From a virus (Duplodnaviria > Heunggongvirae > Uroviricota > Caudoviricetes), in the IMG/VR virus record IMGVR_UViG_3300049919_000418, positions 22,928-86,927 of that record: DNA of 64,000 bases; one strand, written 5' to 3'. Shown here in pieces: positions 38,711 through 48,191 of this stretch. A model generated the notes under the pieces. It had not been told where the DNA came from. It saw only the letters and a program-made list of their open reading frames with translations, and made no database searches. The number at the start of each line of letters is the position of its first letter. Positions within the stretch are counted from its first letter, which is position 1. A program made the position numbers and the translations under genes.

Positions 38711-39789
38711 TAAATAATATTTTCTAAAATTGTATTGGCGGTTTTTTCAAACGTCCACTCTTTAAGTTTTTCGCCTTCGAAATTGTTGACTTTTGCCCTT
38801 TCAACAGAAAGCAGCATGGCACTAATAAGATCTTTTTCATCGAAATCGAACCATTGACCCTGATTTGTCGTTTGCCCCTTCGCGAAAAACATTCCGTCCT
38901 CCGCGTCAATCATTCCGCTTGGGTTAATTAAAATAGAGTTGCTTTCATTGCAAAAGTCTTTGTGAACGTGGGCATTTAATACAATTACTTGTTTTCCAAG
39001 GCACATTGATTGAAAAAGGGGAAGGTTGAAACCCTCGCAACCGCTCATGCCTGTAAGATCGATATCGGCTTGATTTAAAGTCTTGTTGTAAAGATCGTTC
39101 GTTGGGAGAAACGGCAAAATATTAATATTCCAAGGCATCGTCCGGTCTGGCATCGCGTCAAGAATGGCGTTATTTTGGGATTCATCCATATGCATATTAT
39201 GCACCGAACAATCCAATCTAAATCGTGGGTCGCCGCCGAATGTTTTTGCCCATGCCGCAATAACCTTTAATGTGTGTTTACGTTTTTCGATTTTGCCACG
39301 AATGCCAAAGGTGATAACCTCTTCCTTCGGGTCTTTGTCAATTTTGTGAAATGAATTCGAATCGAAAGCCAATGGACAGTAAATTACTTCTGTTGAACCC
39401 TTCAGATGTGCGTCAAACACATTTTTTGTGTATCGACTCGTTACAAACACCTTATCTAGCTGAGACAATCTTGAAGCCTCATAAGTGGTAAGCGTGTCTG
39501 TTTCGTGGAACGTAAGCAGATTTTGCTTTGAACCAATGGCTTTTTCGGAGCCTCGAATGTGCCAGATTGCAAGTGACGGCGATTCACGATTGTAATTCTC
39601 TTCAGAGAATTTAGAGTTTTTACTAATTCTATTTTTTTCCTCCTCGGAAACGGAAAAACATCCCAAATCGATTCGATCTTGAACCGGGAAAAGGCAAATA
39701 TCGTTGTTTTTACTTAATTCCCGATAGATGTTAAAGCTCGTTTGCCCGATGGATGTCGGATTGAACGGCGCGTCAAAATTAATTATCAT
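38710..39789 (-). CDS. GT-B (GT4-like) glycosyltransferase
   Basis: TSIGQ, GKIEKRK, EGFNLPLFQSMCLGK. Confidence 0.75.
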   Translation of the reverse strand: MIINFDAPFNPTSIGQTSFNIYRELSKNNDICLFPVQDRIDLGCFSVSEEEKNRISKNSKFSEENYNRESPSLAIWHIRGSEKAIGSKQNLLTFHETDTLTTYEASRLSQLDKVFVTSRYTKNVFDAHLKGSTEVIYCPLAFDSNSFHKIDKDPKEEVITFGIRGKIEKRKHTLKVIAAWAKTFGGDPRFRLDCSVHNMHMDESQNNAILDAMPDRTMPWNINILPFLPTNDLYNKTLNQADIDLTGMSGCEGFNLPLFQSMCLGKQVIVLNAHVHKDFCNESNSILINPSGMIDAEDGMFFAKGQTTNQGQWFDFDEKDLISAMLLSVERAKVNNFEGEKLKEWTFEKTANTILENII

Positions 39790-39835
39790 TTTATGTTCCC
39801 CGTTTGTATTTTACAACAAGCGGGGAAGGGTTAAA

Positions 39836-40222
39836 TTACCAATCTTCAACCTCGTCAACCGGAGCGGTGCGCTTGCCGTCTGCTCGCGGTGAGGGCTTAG
39901 CCGCCGCCTCGCCAGAGGATGCTGAGCGCGGAGGGAGCTCAACTCGTTCCGCCACAATCACAACCTTTGAACGCTTTTCGCCCTCCTTTTCCCAAGTTTC
40001 TTGGGTCAATCGACCAGAGATAATCGCAAGATCACCTTTTTTACAATATTGCAGGGCAATTTCTGCGGGCTTGCCCCAAACTGCAACGTCGAAGAAGTGA
40101 GCTTCATCCTTTTTAAAGGTGTCAACCGCAATGCGGCCTTCTGCTTTAACACTATCTCCAACTTTTTTTTCGGTTAGGTCAGAAACCCAACGTCCCGTCA
40201 TATTCACACTATTTAGACTCAT
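39836..40222 (-). CDS. ssb: Single-stranded DNA-binding protein
   Basis: LNSVNMTGR, FFDVAVWGKPAE, KGDLAIISGRL, acidic tail. Confidence 0.9.
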   Translation of the reverse strand: MSLNSVNMTGRWVSDLTEKKVGDSVKAEGRIAVDTFKKDEAHFFDVAVWGKPAEIALQYCKKGDLAIISGRLTQETWEKEGEKRSKVVIVAERVELPPRSASSGEAAAKPSPRADGKRTAPVDEVEDW

Positions 40223-40225
40223 ACT

Positions 40226-40525
40226 TTACTTTGTTTTATTTGGTTTTACCAGCCCGTAGTTTAATCTTTCTATCGAAAATGTCAAGACAAAACTTAACAT
40301 TAAATCAAAAAGATTTCCAAAAAACAGGCTTGGCCCCATATTACACCAAAAGACGAAGCATGCGGCACAAATTGTTGTTGGATACCTAAAATAATACAAA
40401 AAACTGTATTTATTTTCTAATAAAATTAATTTATTAATTAGTCTAACTCGTTGACGCGCAAAAAGCGGCGTCTGGTTGAAAATAATCCAGAAAAAATACG
40501 CCGCGAAATAATATTTTAATTCCAT
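40226..40525 (-). CDS. Small membrane protein
   Basis: Hydrophobic segments and a CxxC-FW motif. Confidence 0.45.
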   Translation of the reverse strand: MELKYYFAAYFFWIIFNQTPLFARQRVRLINKLILLENKYSFLYYFRYPTTICAACFVFWCNMGPSLFFGNLFDLMLSFVLTFSIERLNYGLVKPNKTK

Positions 40526-40731
40526 TTTGATTTTTTTGCGTATTCCCGGAAGTTTTTAAATATGAAGATCTGAGTTGTTTTCCAAAACCAAACCTTGAAA
40601 AGCGAATTGTGCCACCAAAAGAAAAAGTTTGACCAAAATTCGCCACGGGTAAATTCAATCACCTCGTCATCGGACCAAAGACGCTCAGACAATTGGTGGT
40701 AGCGCCGGATAAAATCTACTTTATTTAACAT
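40516..40731 (-). CDS. Small hypothetical protein
   Basis: 71 aa, overlaps neighbouring genes. Confidence 0.4.
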   Translation of the reverse strand: MLNKVDFIRRYHQLSERLWSDDEVIEFTRGEFWSNFFFWWHNSLFKVWFWKTTQIFIFKNFREYAKKSKWN

Positions 40732-41096
40732 TTTTCATTCCTTTTTCTAACAACATACCCGGCAGCTTTTTCATAATCCATTTCTGATATTCTTTCGTAA
40801 ACGGACGATTTTGAAAACAGGTCATTAAAAAGATCTAACGAAATAGTTTTTCCCAAAATTAAAGGCATTCCGGCTTCAAGGCTTTGAACCCCACATTTTA
40901 GAATTAATTTTACTTTAGCTATGTTCCAAGGAAAAAGCGCCGCCCGCAAACTTTTCGTTAAAATAATTTCGTCACTTTCTTGTGCCTTCTTTATTTTCTT
41001 TAAAAACGATAAGTCTCTCCTTAATCGACATGCTCCTGAAGCCGTTAATTCCCTCAAAAGACCCCTCTTGTTGCTACTGTAGCTGTCTATATTCAT
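40725..41096 (-). CDS. Hypothetical protein
   Basis: 123 aa near the start of the leftward unit. Confidence 0.45.
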   Translation of the reverse strand: MNIDSYSSNKRGLLRELTASGACRLRRDLSFLKKIKKAQESDEIILTKSLRAALFPWNIAKVKLILKCGVQSLEAGMPLILGKTISLDLFNDLFSKSSVYERISEMDYEKAAGYVVRKRNEKC

Positions 41097-41386
41097 TACT
41101 ATATATTATATTAATTCCAAGGGCTCAGGCTCCGCACCTGCTTTCAAAAAGAAAGACACAGCGAAGCCATAAGCCCTATCACGAATAAAATCGTATTTTT
41201 CCAATGGGACGAGTATTTCACCAACCTTTCGATTGATGCTCCACAAGAAAACTTAAAAGCGGCCAAACGTTTGGGAATAATAATTCTGAAAGCCTCGTTT
41301 TCTTGTCCTGTCGGGTTTTCCTTGGTCCCGAACTCCCTTCTTAAACCTATCACAGAGCATACTGCGAAGAGAACGTTATGTCGGGA

Positions 41387-41452
41387 ACAATATCGGATAT
41401 TTTCAATAAGTCAACGAAAAAGATTGACTTTTTTAATATTTTCTGTTAATTT
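41387..41452. promoter_or_regulatory. Back-to-back divergent sigma70-like promoters at the strand switch
   Basis: Inverted TTGACT -35 boxes (AAGTCAA 41408-41414 / TTGACTT 41424-41430); rightward TGn-TAATTT, leftward TATTGT. Confidence 0.55.
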
Positions 41453-41491
41453 CTTTCAAAACCAAGCAACTACAAGGAAAAATAAAAATAA

Positions 41492-41947
41492 ATGGCGGCG
41501 GAAATAGGAGAAATGGAGCTGATCGAGGCTTACAAAAAAGGCGACGAGAGGGCGGGGAACCAATTATTTGAAAACAATAAAAAATTAATTCATTTTATTT
41601 ACGAAAGGCACTTCAAATTGAGCGGATGCCCGCAAGAGGATCTTTTCCAAGAGGGCTGTTTGGGTCTTTTCGAAGCAATCCGTAAGTTTGATCCGCTACA
41701 AAAAGATCGGTTTGCCAGCTACAAAAGTCTTTTAATCAGGGCGAAAATGTATGGTTTCAGGCATAAATTTTTTAAAATCGTTGCGGAGCCCTTGGGGGAT
41801 GAGCATTTAAAAATTCCAAGCGTTCCATCCAGTTACGAAAAAATGAATTATTTAATCTTTGAGCTTGACAATTTGGTAGGGTCCGGTAAGATGTCGAAAT
41901 CTAAAGCCACTCAGGTTTTAACAAAAATAATTAAAGGAACAAGATGA
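41492..41947 (+). CDS. Truncated RNA polymerase sigma factor (regions 1.2-2)
   Basis: GDERAGNQLFENNKKLI, EDLFQEGCLGLFEAIRKFDP, RFASY; no region-4 HTH evident. Confidence 0.75.
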   Translation: MAAEIGEMELIEAYKKGDERAGNQLFENNKKLIHFIYERHFKLSGCPQEDLFQEGCLGLFEAIRKFDPLQKDRFASYKSLLIRAKMYGFRHKFFKIVAEPLGDEHLKIPSVPSSYEKMNYLIFELDNLVGSGKMSKSKATQVLTKIIKGTR

Positions 41948-42150
41948 TGAGAGATAAAATCAAAGTAATGGAAAATAGTCGCGGGCGTTTTATTGGGGTT
42001 GCTACGACTCAGGGCGCTACAATGAATGCGCGATACATTGGAAGCACGGACAATTACGTTCGACTCTTTGATCGTAATTCAAAGCAGGAAGTGAAAATGA
42101 AAAAGTCAAGTGTGGCGAGCGTCACATATGCGGGCGAAACATACGCCTAA
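41944..42150 (+). CDS. Small hypothetical protein
   Basis: 68 aa, coupled to the sigma gene. Confidence 0.55.
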   Translation: MMRDKIKVMENSRGRFIGVATTQGATMNARYIGSTDNYVRLFDRNSKQEVKMKKSSVASVTYAGETYA

Positions 42151-42195
42151 ACCTTTGAGGATGTAAGGGAAACTTTACATCTTTAACCATAAGAA

Positions 42196-42876
42196 ATGCT
42201 ACAAACTCTAAAATTTACGGGAGACGAATCTAATTTTTTCATTTCGTCGGACCTTCATATCAACCAAACGTGTTCTAGCTGGACGACCCCGCTATGGGCT
42301 TCGAGGGGATATTCTTCGAAGCAAGCTCATAAAGAAGGGGTTGTAAAGTCTTGGAACGCGGTGTGCTCGTTTAATTCGGTTTGTTTTCTATTGGGTGATA
42401 TTATTTTTGAAGATGAGTGCGGCGATCGCTTTGAAAGCTTGATGAACGAGCTTGTTTTTAAAAAGCTTTACATCTTGTGGGGGAACCACAATTCCGGTCA
42501 TGGAATAACTTACAAAAAAATCCTTAGAGAAAAGTTTCCCAATGTTTTTGGAGTCGGGGCAGAGGTTTACCCCCTTGAATGGAATATAAATTCCGAGAAA
42601 ACGGTTGTTTTTTTGCCTCAATATGCCGAGGTGTCAATTAATCGAACTTTTTACGTTTTAAGTCACTATCCAATTATCAGTCACAACAAGATGGCTAAGG
42701 AAAGTATTCATCTGAGTGGACACACACATTCGAATCTTCCCTTAACCAACAAGGATACGGGAGACGGGAAAAGGCTCGACACGGGGTGGGATAGCTTTGG
42801 AAGGCCGATTAGCTTTCATGAAGTAAAAAACCTCATGCGGCACCGCCCAATTGATGCGCGTGACCATCATCGATAA
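42196..42876 (+). CDS. Calcineurin-like phosphoesterase
   Basis: SDLH, LGD, GNHN, SHYP, GHTH. Confidence 0.85.
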   Translation: MLQTLKFTGDESNFFISSDLHINQTCSSWTTPLWASRGYSSKQAHKEGVVKSWNAVCSFNSVCFLLGDIIFEDECGDRFESLMNELVFKKLYILWGNHNSGHGITYKKILREKFPNVFGVGAEVYPLEWNINSEKTVVFLPQYAEVSINRTFYVLSHYPIISHNKMAKESIHLSGHTHSNLPLTNKDTGDGKRLDTGWDSFGRPISFHEVKNLMRHRPIDARDHHR

Positions 42877-42887
42877 TTTTAAAACAT

Positions 42888-43469
42888 ATGAAATTAATTG
42901 GAATTAGCGCCCATGCGGCCCGAAGCGGGAAAGACACCCTTGCTCAGTGTTTACAAATCATTCTCTCGGAGCGGGGAAAAACGGTTGAGATTCGAAGCCT
43001 TGCATCGCCGCTCAAGGAAAAAATGAAGGGTTTCATTATGGATGAATTCGGAATTGATGTTTTTAATTGCTCTGACGAAGAGAAGAAAATTATTAGGCCG
43101 CTTCTTGTCGCATATGGGGGCGCAAGACGTAAGCAAACGCAGGGAAAGTATTGGACTAATTTGATGGAGTCCGAAATTGCTCTGCTCGAAAAGAAGAATA
43201 TAGATTTCTGCATAATTCCCGACATTAGATACAGCGAATTTCCGGGCGACGAGTGCGAATGGATTAAAAACAAAGGCGGCGCATTATTTTTTGTTTCAAT
43301 GATTCTTGAGAATGGAAATTTGCTTCCCCCGCCAAACGAAGACGAGGAAAGGAATAGCCCCTTGTTAAAAGGGGCGGCAGATATTGAAATTTCTTGGGAG
43401 CACATGAAATTTGAAGATTGCTTGTTTTTTGTAAAAAATACCCTTCACGTTTACGATAAATTTTTATGA
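42888..43469 (+). CDS. Deoxynucleoside monophosphate kinase-like
   Basis: AARSGKDT, ASPLK, RPLLVAYG, IIPDIRY. Confidence 0.7.
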   Translation: MKLIGISAHAARSGKDTLAQCLQIILSERGKTVEIRSLASPLKEKMKGFIMDEFGIDVFNCSDEEKKIIRPLLVAYGGARRKQTQGKYWTNLMESEIALLEKKNIDFCIIPDIRYSEFPGDECEWIKNKGGALFFVSMILENGNLLPPPNEDEERNSPLLKGAADIEISWEHMKFEDCLFFVKNTLHVYDKFL

Positions 43470-44002
43470 ACGTTTTAAATAAAACAAAAACATATTTAGT
43501 TGGCCCGATTGAGTTTAAAAACGGGAGGGCTTGGCGAAAGGAAATTACAGACAAGTTGTCCCCGATGGGCATCGTTTGTTATGACCCATATTGCAAGCCA
43601 TTTGTGATTGACGTTGACGAAACCGAAAGCGCCAACGAATCTTTAAAACTTCTTCGGGCAAAAGGCGAGTATGATGAAGTTGAAAGGATCATGAAAAGGA
43701 TTCGCAGCTTCGACCTTGCACTAACAGACAAAGCGGACTTCATTGTTGCATATATAGATCCAGAAGTTTTCACATGCGGGAGCATAGAGGAGCTGAGCTG
43801 GGCAAACAGACAAAAAAAACCAATTTTTTTAATTGTTGAAGGTGGAAAGTCGAAATGTCCGCTTTGGCTGTTTGGAATGATTCCTTATAAATACATTTAC
43901 AATAACCTTGATGAGGTGGTTGAGGCTATAAAAAAGATTGATTCGGGCGAAAAGGAAACAGACTCTTCCCGATGGAGGATTCTTAGAGAAGAGTTCCGTT
44001 AA
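43466..44002 (+). CDS. Nucleoside 2-deoxyribosyltransferase-like
   Basis: YLVGPI, WR, DL...DKADFIVAY, GSIEEL. Confidence 0.7.
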   Translation: MNVLNKTKTYLVGPIEFKNGRAWRKEITDKLSPMGIVCYDPYCKPFVIDVDETESANESLKLLRAKGEYDEVERIMKRIRSFDLALTDKADFIVAYIDPEVFTCGSIEELSWANRQKKPIFLIVEGGKSKCPLWLFGMIPYKYIYNNLDEVVEAIKKIDSGEKETDSSRWRILREEFR

Positions 44003-44310
44003 TCCAAAATATCAAAAAAGTCTTTTTCCCCACGGTGGAAAGAGGCTAGGAAAGATTCTTCGTTTCCCGCAAGCTTGCCGTCTTTATAAACGGCAGGGCG
44101 AAATAAATTTAAATTAATTAATCCATTTAACATGGAAAACATTATTTTTTGTTTTTTTAGTATTTCTTTTGCGGAGGATTGTGCCTGAGAATTCCACCAA
44201 ATATCCCATTTTTCTTCTTGACCATTGATTAAAAAGTGGTAGTATGCATCGACGCCGCGAAACCTTTCGGAGGTTTGAAAGTTGATGTCGTAAACAAAAG
44301 ACGCGTCCAT
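43999..44310 (-). CDS. Hypothetical protein, lone antisense gene
   Basis: Fills the intergenic gap exactly and has its own GTGTAA box 9 nt upstream. Confidence 0.5.
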   Translation of the reverse strand: MDASFVYDINFQTSERFRGVDAYYHFLINGQEEKWDIWWNSQAQSSAKEILKKQKIMFSMLNGLINLNLFRPAVYKDGKLAGNEESFLASFHRGEKDFFDILD

Positions 44311-44331
44311 AAAAATAAATTACACTAATTA

Positions 44332-45813
44332 ATGAATACCTATACTGCAAGAGATACAATCACCGATGACCAAATGGAAAAATGGTTTACGCATGGGAAA
44401 AATCTTCTTGTTTATGGCGATCATGGTTGCGGAAAGACAACGATGGTTAAGGACTTTTGGGATAAAAGAGGACTAAAATACGCTTTTTTTAGTGGCGCGA
44501 CAATTGATCCTTGGGTTGATCTTATCGGGATTCCAAAGCTGGCGATTGAGGGGGGCGAATCCGTTATTCACTTTGCTCGACCAAAAACGGTTGACGAAAA
44601 CCTTGAAGCGATTTTCATTGACGAATACAACAGAAGCCCCGCCGCAGTCAGGAACGCGGTGTTGGAATTAATTCAATTTAAATCAATTAACAATAGATCT
44701 TTCCCGAATTTGAAGGTAGTTTGGGCGGCAGCTAATCCGCCAGACACTCAAAATAATTACGATGTAGAGGAAATTGATCCTGCCCAATTGGACAGGTTTC
44801 ATATCATCGTCAAGCTTTCTGGAAAGCCTAGTTCAAAGTATTTCACAGGTAAATACGGAATTGACATCTCTAACGGTGCGCTCAAGTGGTATGAAAACTT
44901 AGCGCCCGATATTAGAAGAATCATTTCCCCTCGTCGTCTTGATTATGCGATTGATTGGGTTGTGAACTGCGGCGGCGAAGCTCGCGACATTTTAGCCGAC
45001 GAAAGAATTAACGTTTCTCAGTTTACGCGGAATGTTCGCGGCAACGACAAAATGAAGCTTCTGTTGGACTTGAAGGGCAAGCAAGACTCTGCGGGAATTA
45101 AGAAATTCTTCAAGTCTCAGGCAAACGTTCAACCGTGCTTGAAGGAAATTCTTCGGGATTTCGAGCTGTCAAACCTGTTCATTGAGAACGGAAACACGGA
45201 AGAGGTTCTAGCTTTTGCCAACTCCGACGAAGCCTTCTCAATTCTGGTTTCGCAAGCATCCACTCAAAATGAGAATGTCAAAACGGCGCTGGAATCTTAC
45301 AGGTCAATTCACAAATCGAATCCAACGTGGTTTGATAGTGCCGATAGGGTGATTGCATCCTCTCGCGCCGCGCTGGATGATTTCCTCGAAAACAAAGATG
45401 TTTTCTCCCCTTCGGGTATGAACTTGAAGGTTTCGGATCTTTGCTCGCTTTTGCTTCACAAGGATGCGGATGAAATCGTTGACGAAATCAGGTGTTTGCC
45501 ATCGGCGTCTATGTATAATTTTGACGAAGATTCTTCCAAGAACGCGCTTGCTTTCTTTGCTAGAATTGACTTCAGGGATTTCTGCGAAACAAACAAGGAT
45601 TCGGATTGGGTTAAGAAATCTTATTCTTTGATTTATTCTGCATTTAATTTCTTTTATTTGAGGGATGGGAATCTTCAGGGTGCGTCTTTCGCTGTTAAGG
45701 GTTGCGAAAGGCTTGCCTCAGCGCCGCCGTTCGCGCTCAAAAACAAGGGGTTGGTTAATCGTGGAGGGAGAGGCGGAAGCGGTAAGCTTTCGGTGAGGGA
45801 GCAGGCATTATGA
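44332..45813 (+). CDS. MoxR-like AAA+ ATPase
   Basis: GDHGCGKT, IFIDEYNR, AANP, DPAQLDRF. Confidence 0.85.
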   Translation: MNTYTARDTITDDQMEKWFTHGKNLLVYGDHGCGKTTMVKDFWDKRGLKYAFFSGATIDPWVDLIGIPKLAIEGGESVIHFARPKTVDENLEAIFIDEYNRSPAAVRNAVLELIQFKSINNRSFPNLKVVWAAANPPDTQNNYDVEEIDPAQLDRFHIIVKLSGKPSSKYFTGKYGIDISNGALKWYENLAPDIRRIISPRRLDYAIDWVVNCGGEARDILADERINVSQFTRNVRGNDKMKLLLDLKGKQDSAGIKKFFKSQANVQPCLKEILRDFELSNLFIENGNTEEVLAFANSDEAFSILVSQASTQNENVKTALESYRSIHKSNPTWFDSADRVIASSRAALDDFLENKDVFSPSGMNLKVSDLCSLLLHKDADEIVDEIRCLPSASMYNFDEDSSKNALAFFARIDFRDFCETNKDSDWVKKSYSLIYSAFNFFYLRDGNLQGASFAVKGCERLASAPPFALKNKGLVNRGGRGGSGKLSVREQAL

Positions 45814-46988
45814 TTTCAAGGGAGGAAAGACACTCAAAAATTGTTGAAGAAATCGTTGATTTTAGCGAAATCTTCGAAACGTTAGCTCTTCACGGGAAAC
45901 CCATTTTTTCTGATTCGGTTCCAACGGCTTGTATCTGTTGGAACGTTGACGGGGATTCAATTGGGTTCGTTTGGGGCAAGGAATTCTTTGATACGTGCTC
46001 CGATTACAAGGCACGTTTCATTCTTTGTCACGAAATGCTTCATATCTTTTTGAGGCATGGTAGGCGCGGCGCGAAATTAGAGGATCACAAAAAAGCCAAC
46101 ATTGCGATGGACCTTTCAATCAACCATCTTTTGGTTGACGAGTTTGGTTTCGTTCGCGGCATGATTGAGGGATGGGACCAATATTGCTGGAGAGACACGG
46201 TTTTCAAAACTTACGTTGAGGAATTGCCGTCATTCGAGAGCTACTATGCAATCGATTCAAGCAATTACAAAGAGGGCTTCTTAACTGTTGATCAACACAA
46301 CTTCATGGAGGAAGCGGAAGACGGCGAGGTTTCTCCCGAGCTTCAAAAAGCGATTGACGATCTTAGAAAAAAAATGTCAGGCTCTTTCCCTAGTCATGGA
46401 ATGGGGAATGACTTCGCGGTTATTGAGGAAGAGGTTGAGATTGAGCCTATCAAAAAGCCAAAATTTGAAACCCTTGTTAAGAAAATCGTAGCTAAAGCTA
46501 TTGAAAAAAAGAAATTTGAGGAATCAAGCTGGACAACTCTTGATCGTCGTCTTTGCGAAGTCGCGCCCGACATTCCAACAAAAAACAAGATGCGGGAAAG
46601 AAAGTGCCGCAAAAAGTATAAGTGCGCCTTTTTCATCGACAATAGCGGAAGCTGTTCGGGATACATCAAAAGGTTCTGCAAGGTGGCGGCATCTTTGAAT
46701 CCGGAGGTGTTTGAAGTGGAGGTTTATTCCTTTGACACTCGCGCCTACAAGATTCCAAAAATTAACAATTCCTATCGAATCCTAGGCGGCGGCGGAACGG
46801 ACTTCAACTGTATTGAAAAATCAGTTGAACAGGACAACCCGGACGTTGTTTTCGTTGTAACAGACGGATTCGCTTCGTCATTCGTTCCAAAGGACAAAAA
46901 GAAATATTTCTGGTTTCTGGTTGAAGGTGGATCGGAAGCCGCGATTAGAGGAGCAGGAAAAATCCACAGACTATCCCAATTCGAATGA
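45810..46988 (+). CDS. DUF2201-type metallopeptidase + VWA protein
   Basis: HEMLH (HExxH), DNSGS MIDAS, GGGTDF, VTDG. Confidence 0.8.
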   Translation: MISREERHSKIVEEIVDFSEIFETLALHGKPIFSDSVPTACICWNVDGDSIGFVWGKEFFDTCSDYKARFILCHEMLHIFLRHGRRGAKLEDHKKANIAMDLSINHLLVDEFGFVRGMIEGWDQYCWRDTVFKTYVEELPSFESYYAIDSSNYKEGFLTVDQHNFMEEAEDGEVSPELQKAIDDLRKKMSGSFPSHGMGNDFAVIEEEVEIEPIKKPKFETLVKKIVAKAIEKKKFEESSWTTLDRRLCEVAPDIPTKNKMRERKCRKKYKCAFFIDNSGSCSGYIKRFCKVAASLNPEVFEVEVYSFDTRAYKIPKINNSYRILGGGGTDFNCIEKSVEQDNPDVVFVVTDGFASSFVPKDKKKYFWFLVEGGSEAAIRGAGKIHRLSQFE

Positions 46989-47093
46989 ACGCAACCTTTG
47001 ACAACGCCGCCGCAACAATTATTTATTTATATGTATTTAACTATAGATATAAGCAATTCAATCTTCACCAATATCTAAATCAGCCGCTTCGAT

Positions 47094-47804
47094 ATGAAAT
47101 CACACTCAGTTAACTTGGCTTACTTTTCTTGCGACAGGGACAGAGAAATGCTGAAAATCTCAATTGAGAGTTCGCGGCGAAATTATAATTTCAATAAGAT
47201 TTTTGTTTTTTCCGACCCAAATGATATAGTCAACGCAACAGAGTTTGATGATGGGGTTGAATTTATTTGCCGTGTGGCTGGAAGCCAAAAGCTTTACGGA
47301 TTGGAAAATATCCGGGATATGCATGATTGCCTTAAGCTTGCTGCGGTAGGGTGCGATTACGTGCTCAAAAAGGATAGCGATATTCTGGATTGTTCCGATT
47401 TCGCTTATAATATTTTAAATCAAAATAATTTCGATTGTTTGGGCGCTTTCCCAATGGCGCGGGAGAACCTGATTCCACCCGATCACTTTAACGGTAATGC
47501 TTATTTTATCAAATCAAACATTATAAATCAATTTCCAGAAGAATTCCCCGCAATTGTCCATAACTGGAAAATTATGAATTATCCTGAAGACATGGTTACA
47601 AGTGCGATTTGCGGCAATCTAACACAAAACATTTCCATCATGGGAACGGCGCAGAATTTCGATGATCTTTATTTGTTTGATATCTTTCTATCAAGAATTG
47701 CGGAAAAGACGCCAGAGGAGATTCAAAGATACGGATTTGCGCACTGCCGCACAAATCTGCGAGTGATGCAATATTTAAATAACAAAATTTATGAAAAAAA
47801 TTAA
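47094..47804 (+). CDS. Putative GT-A-like protein
   Basis: VLKKDSD (DxD) with GT-A-like spacing. Confidence 0.35.
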   Translation: MKSHSVNLAYFSCDRDREMLKISIESSRRNYNFNKIFVFSDPNDIVNATEFDDGVEFICRVAGSQKLYGLENIRDMHDCLKLAAVGCDYVLKKDSDILDCSDFAYNILNQNNFDCLGAFPMARENLIPPDHFNGNAYFIKSNIINQFPEEFPAIVHNWKIMNYPEDMVTSAICGNLTQNISIMGTAQNFDDLYLFDIFLSRIAEKTPEEIQRYGFAHCRTNLRVMQYLNNKIYEKN

Positions 47805-48177
47805 ACTAACGCTTGGTAAAGACGAAAAGGGCATCGTGAATAACGTTCTTTTGGAAAACTGTATGAGAATGACGGACGTTCTTCGTGGTCAAACAAGCAA
47901 AGAGGGGCACGAACAAGTTATGCAGATTTTACAGGTAACTGTTTCCATACAGCAGAACTTCTTTTCGGCGTGTTTGGAGGATGAGGTTGAAATGCCCGAG
48001 CAGATGGTTCACTTTATTAAACCCATTTTGGAGGGATCTCTTGAAAATTTAAAAGGAGTTAAGGAAAACTTAATCAAATCGGGCGACCCTAACGGATTCG
48101 CAGCGGCGAACTTTTACGAGATACTTAATAATATTGTAAACAAATTCCCAAACCCAAGCGTTATTATTGCACCATAA
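47791..48177 (+). CDS. Hypothetical protein
   Basis: 128 aa, coupled. Confidence 0.55.
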   Translation: MKKIKLTLGKDEKGIVNNVLLENCMRMTDVLRGQTSKEGHEQVMQILQVTVSIQQNFFSACLEDEVEMPEQMVHFIKPILEGSLENLKGVKENLIKSGDPNGFAAANFYEILNNIVNKFPNPSVIIAP

Positions 48178-48191
48178 GTGTAATATAATGT

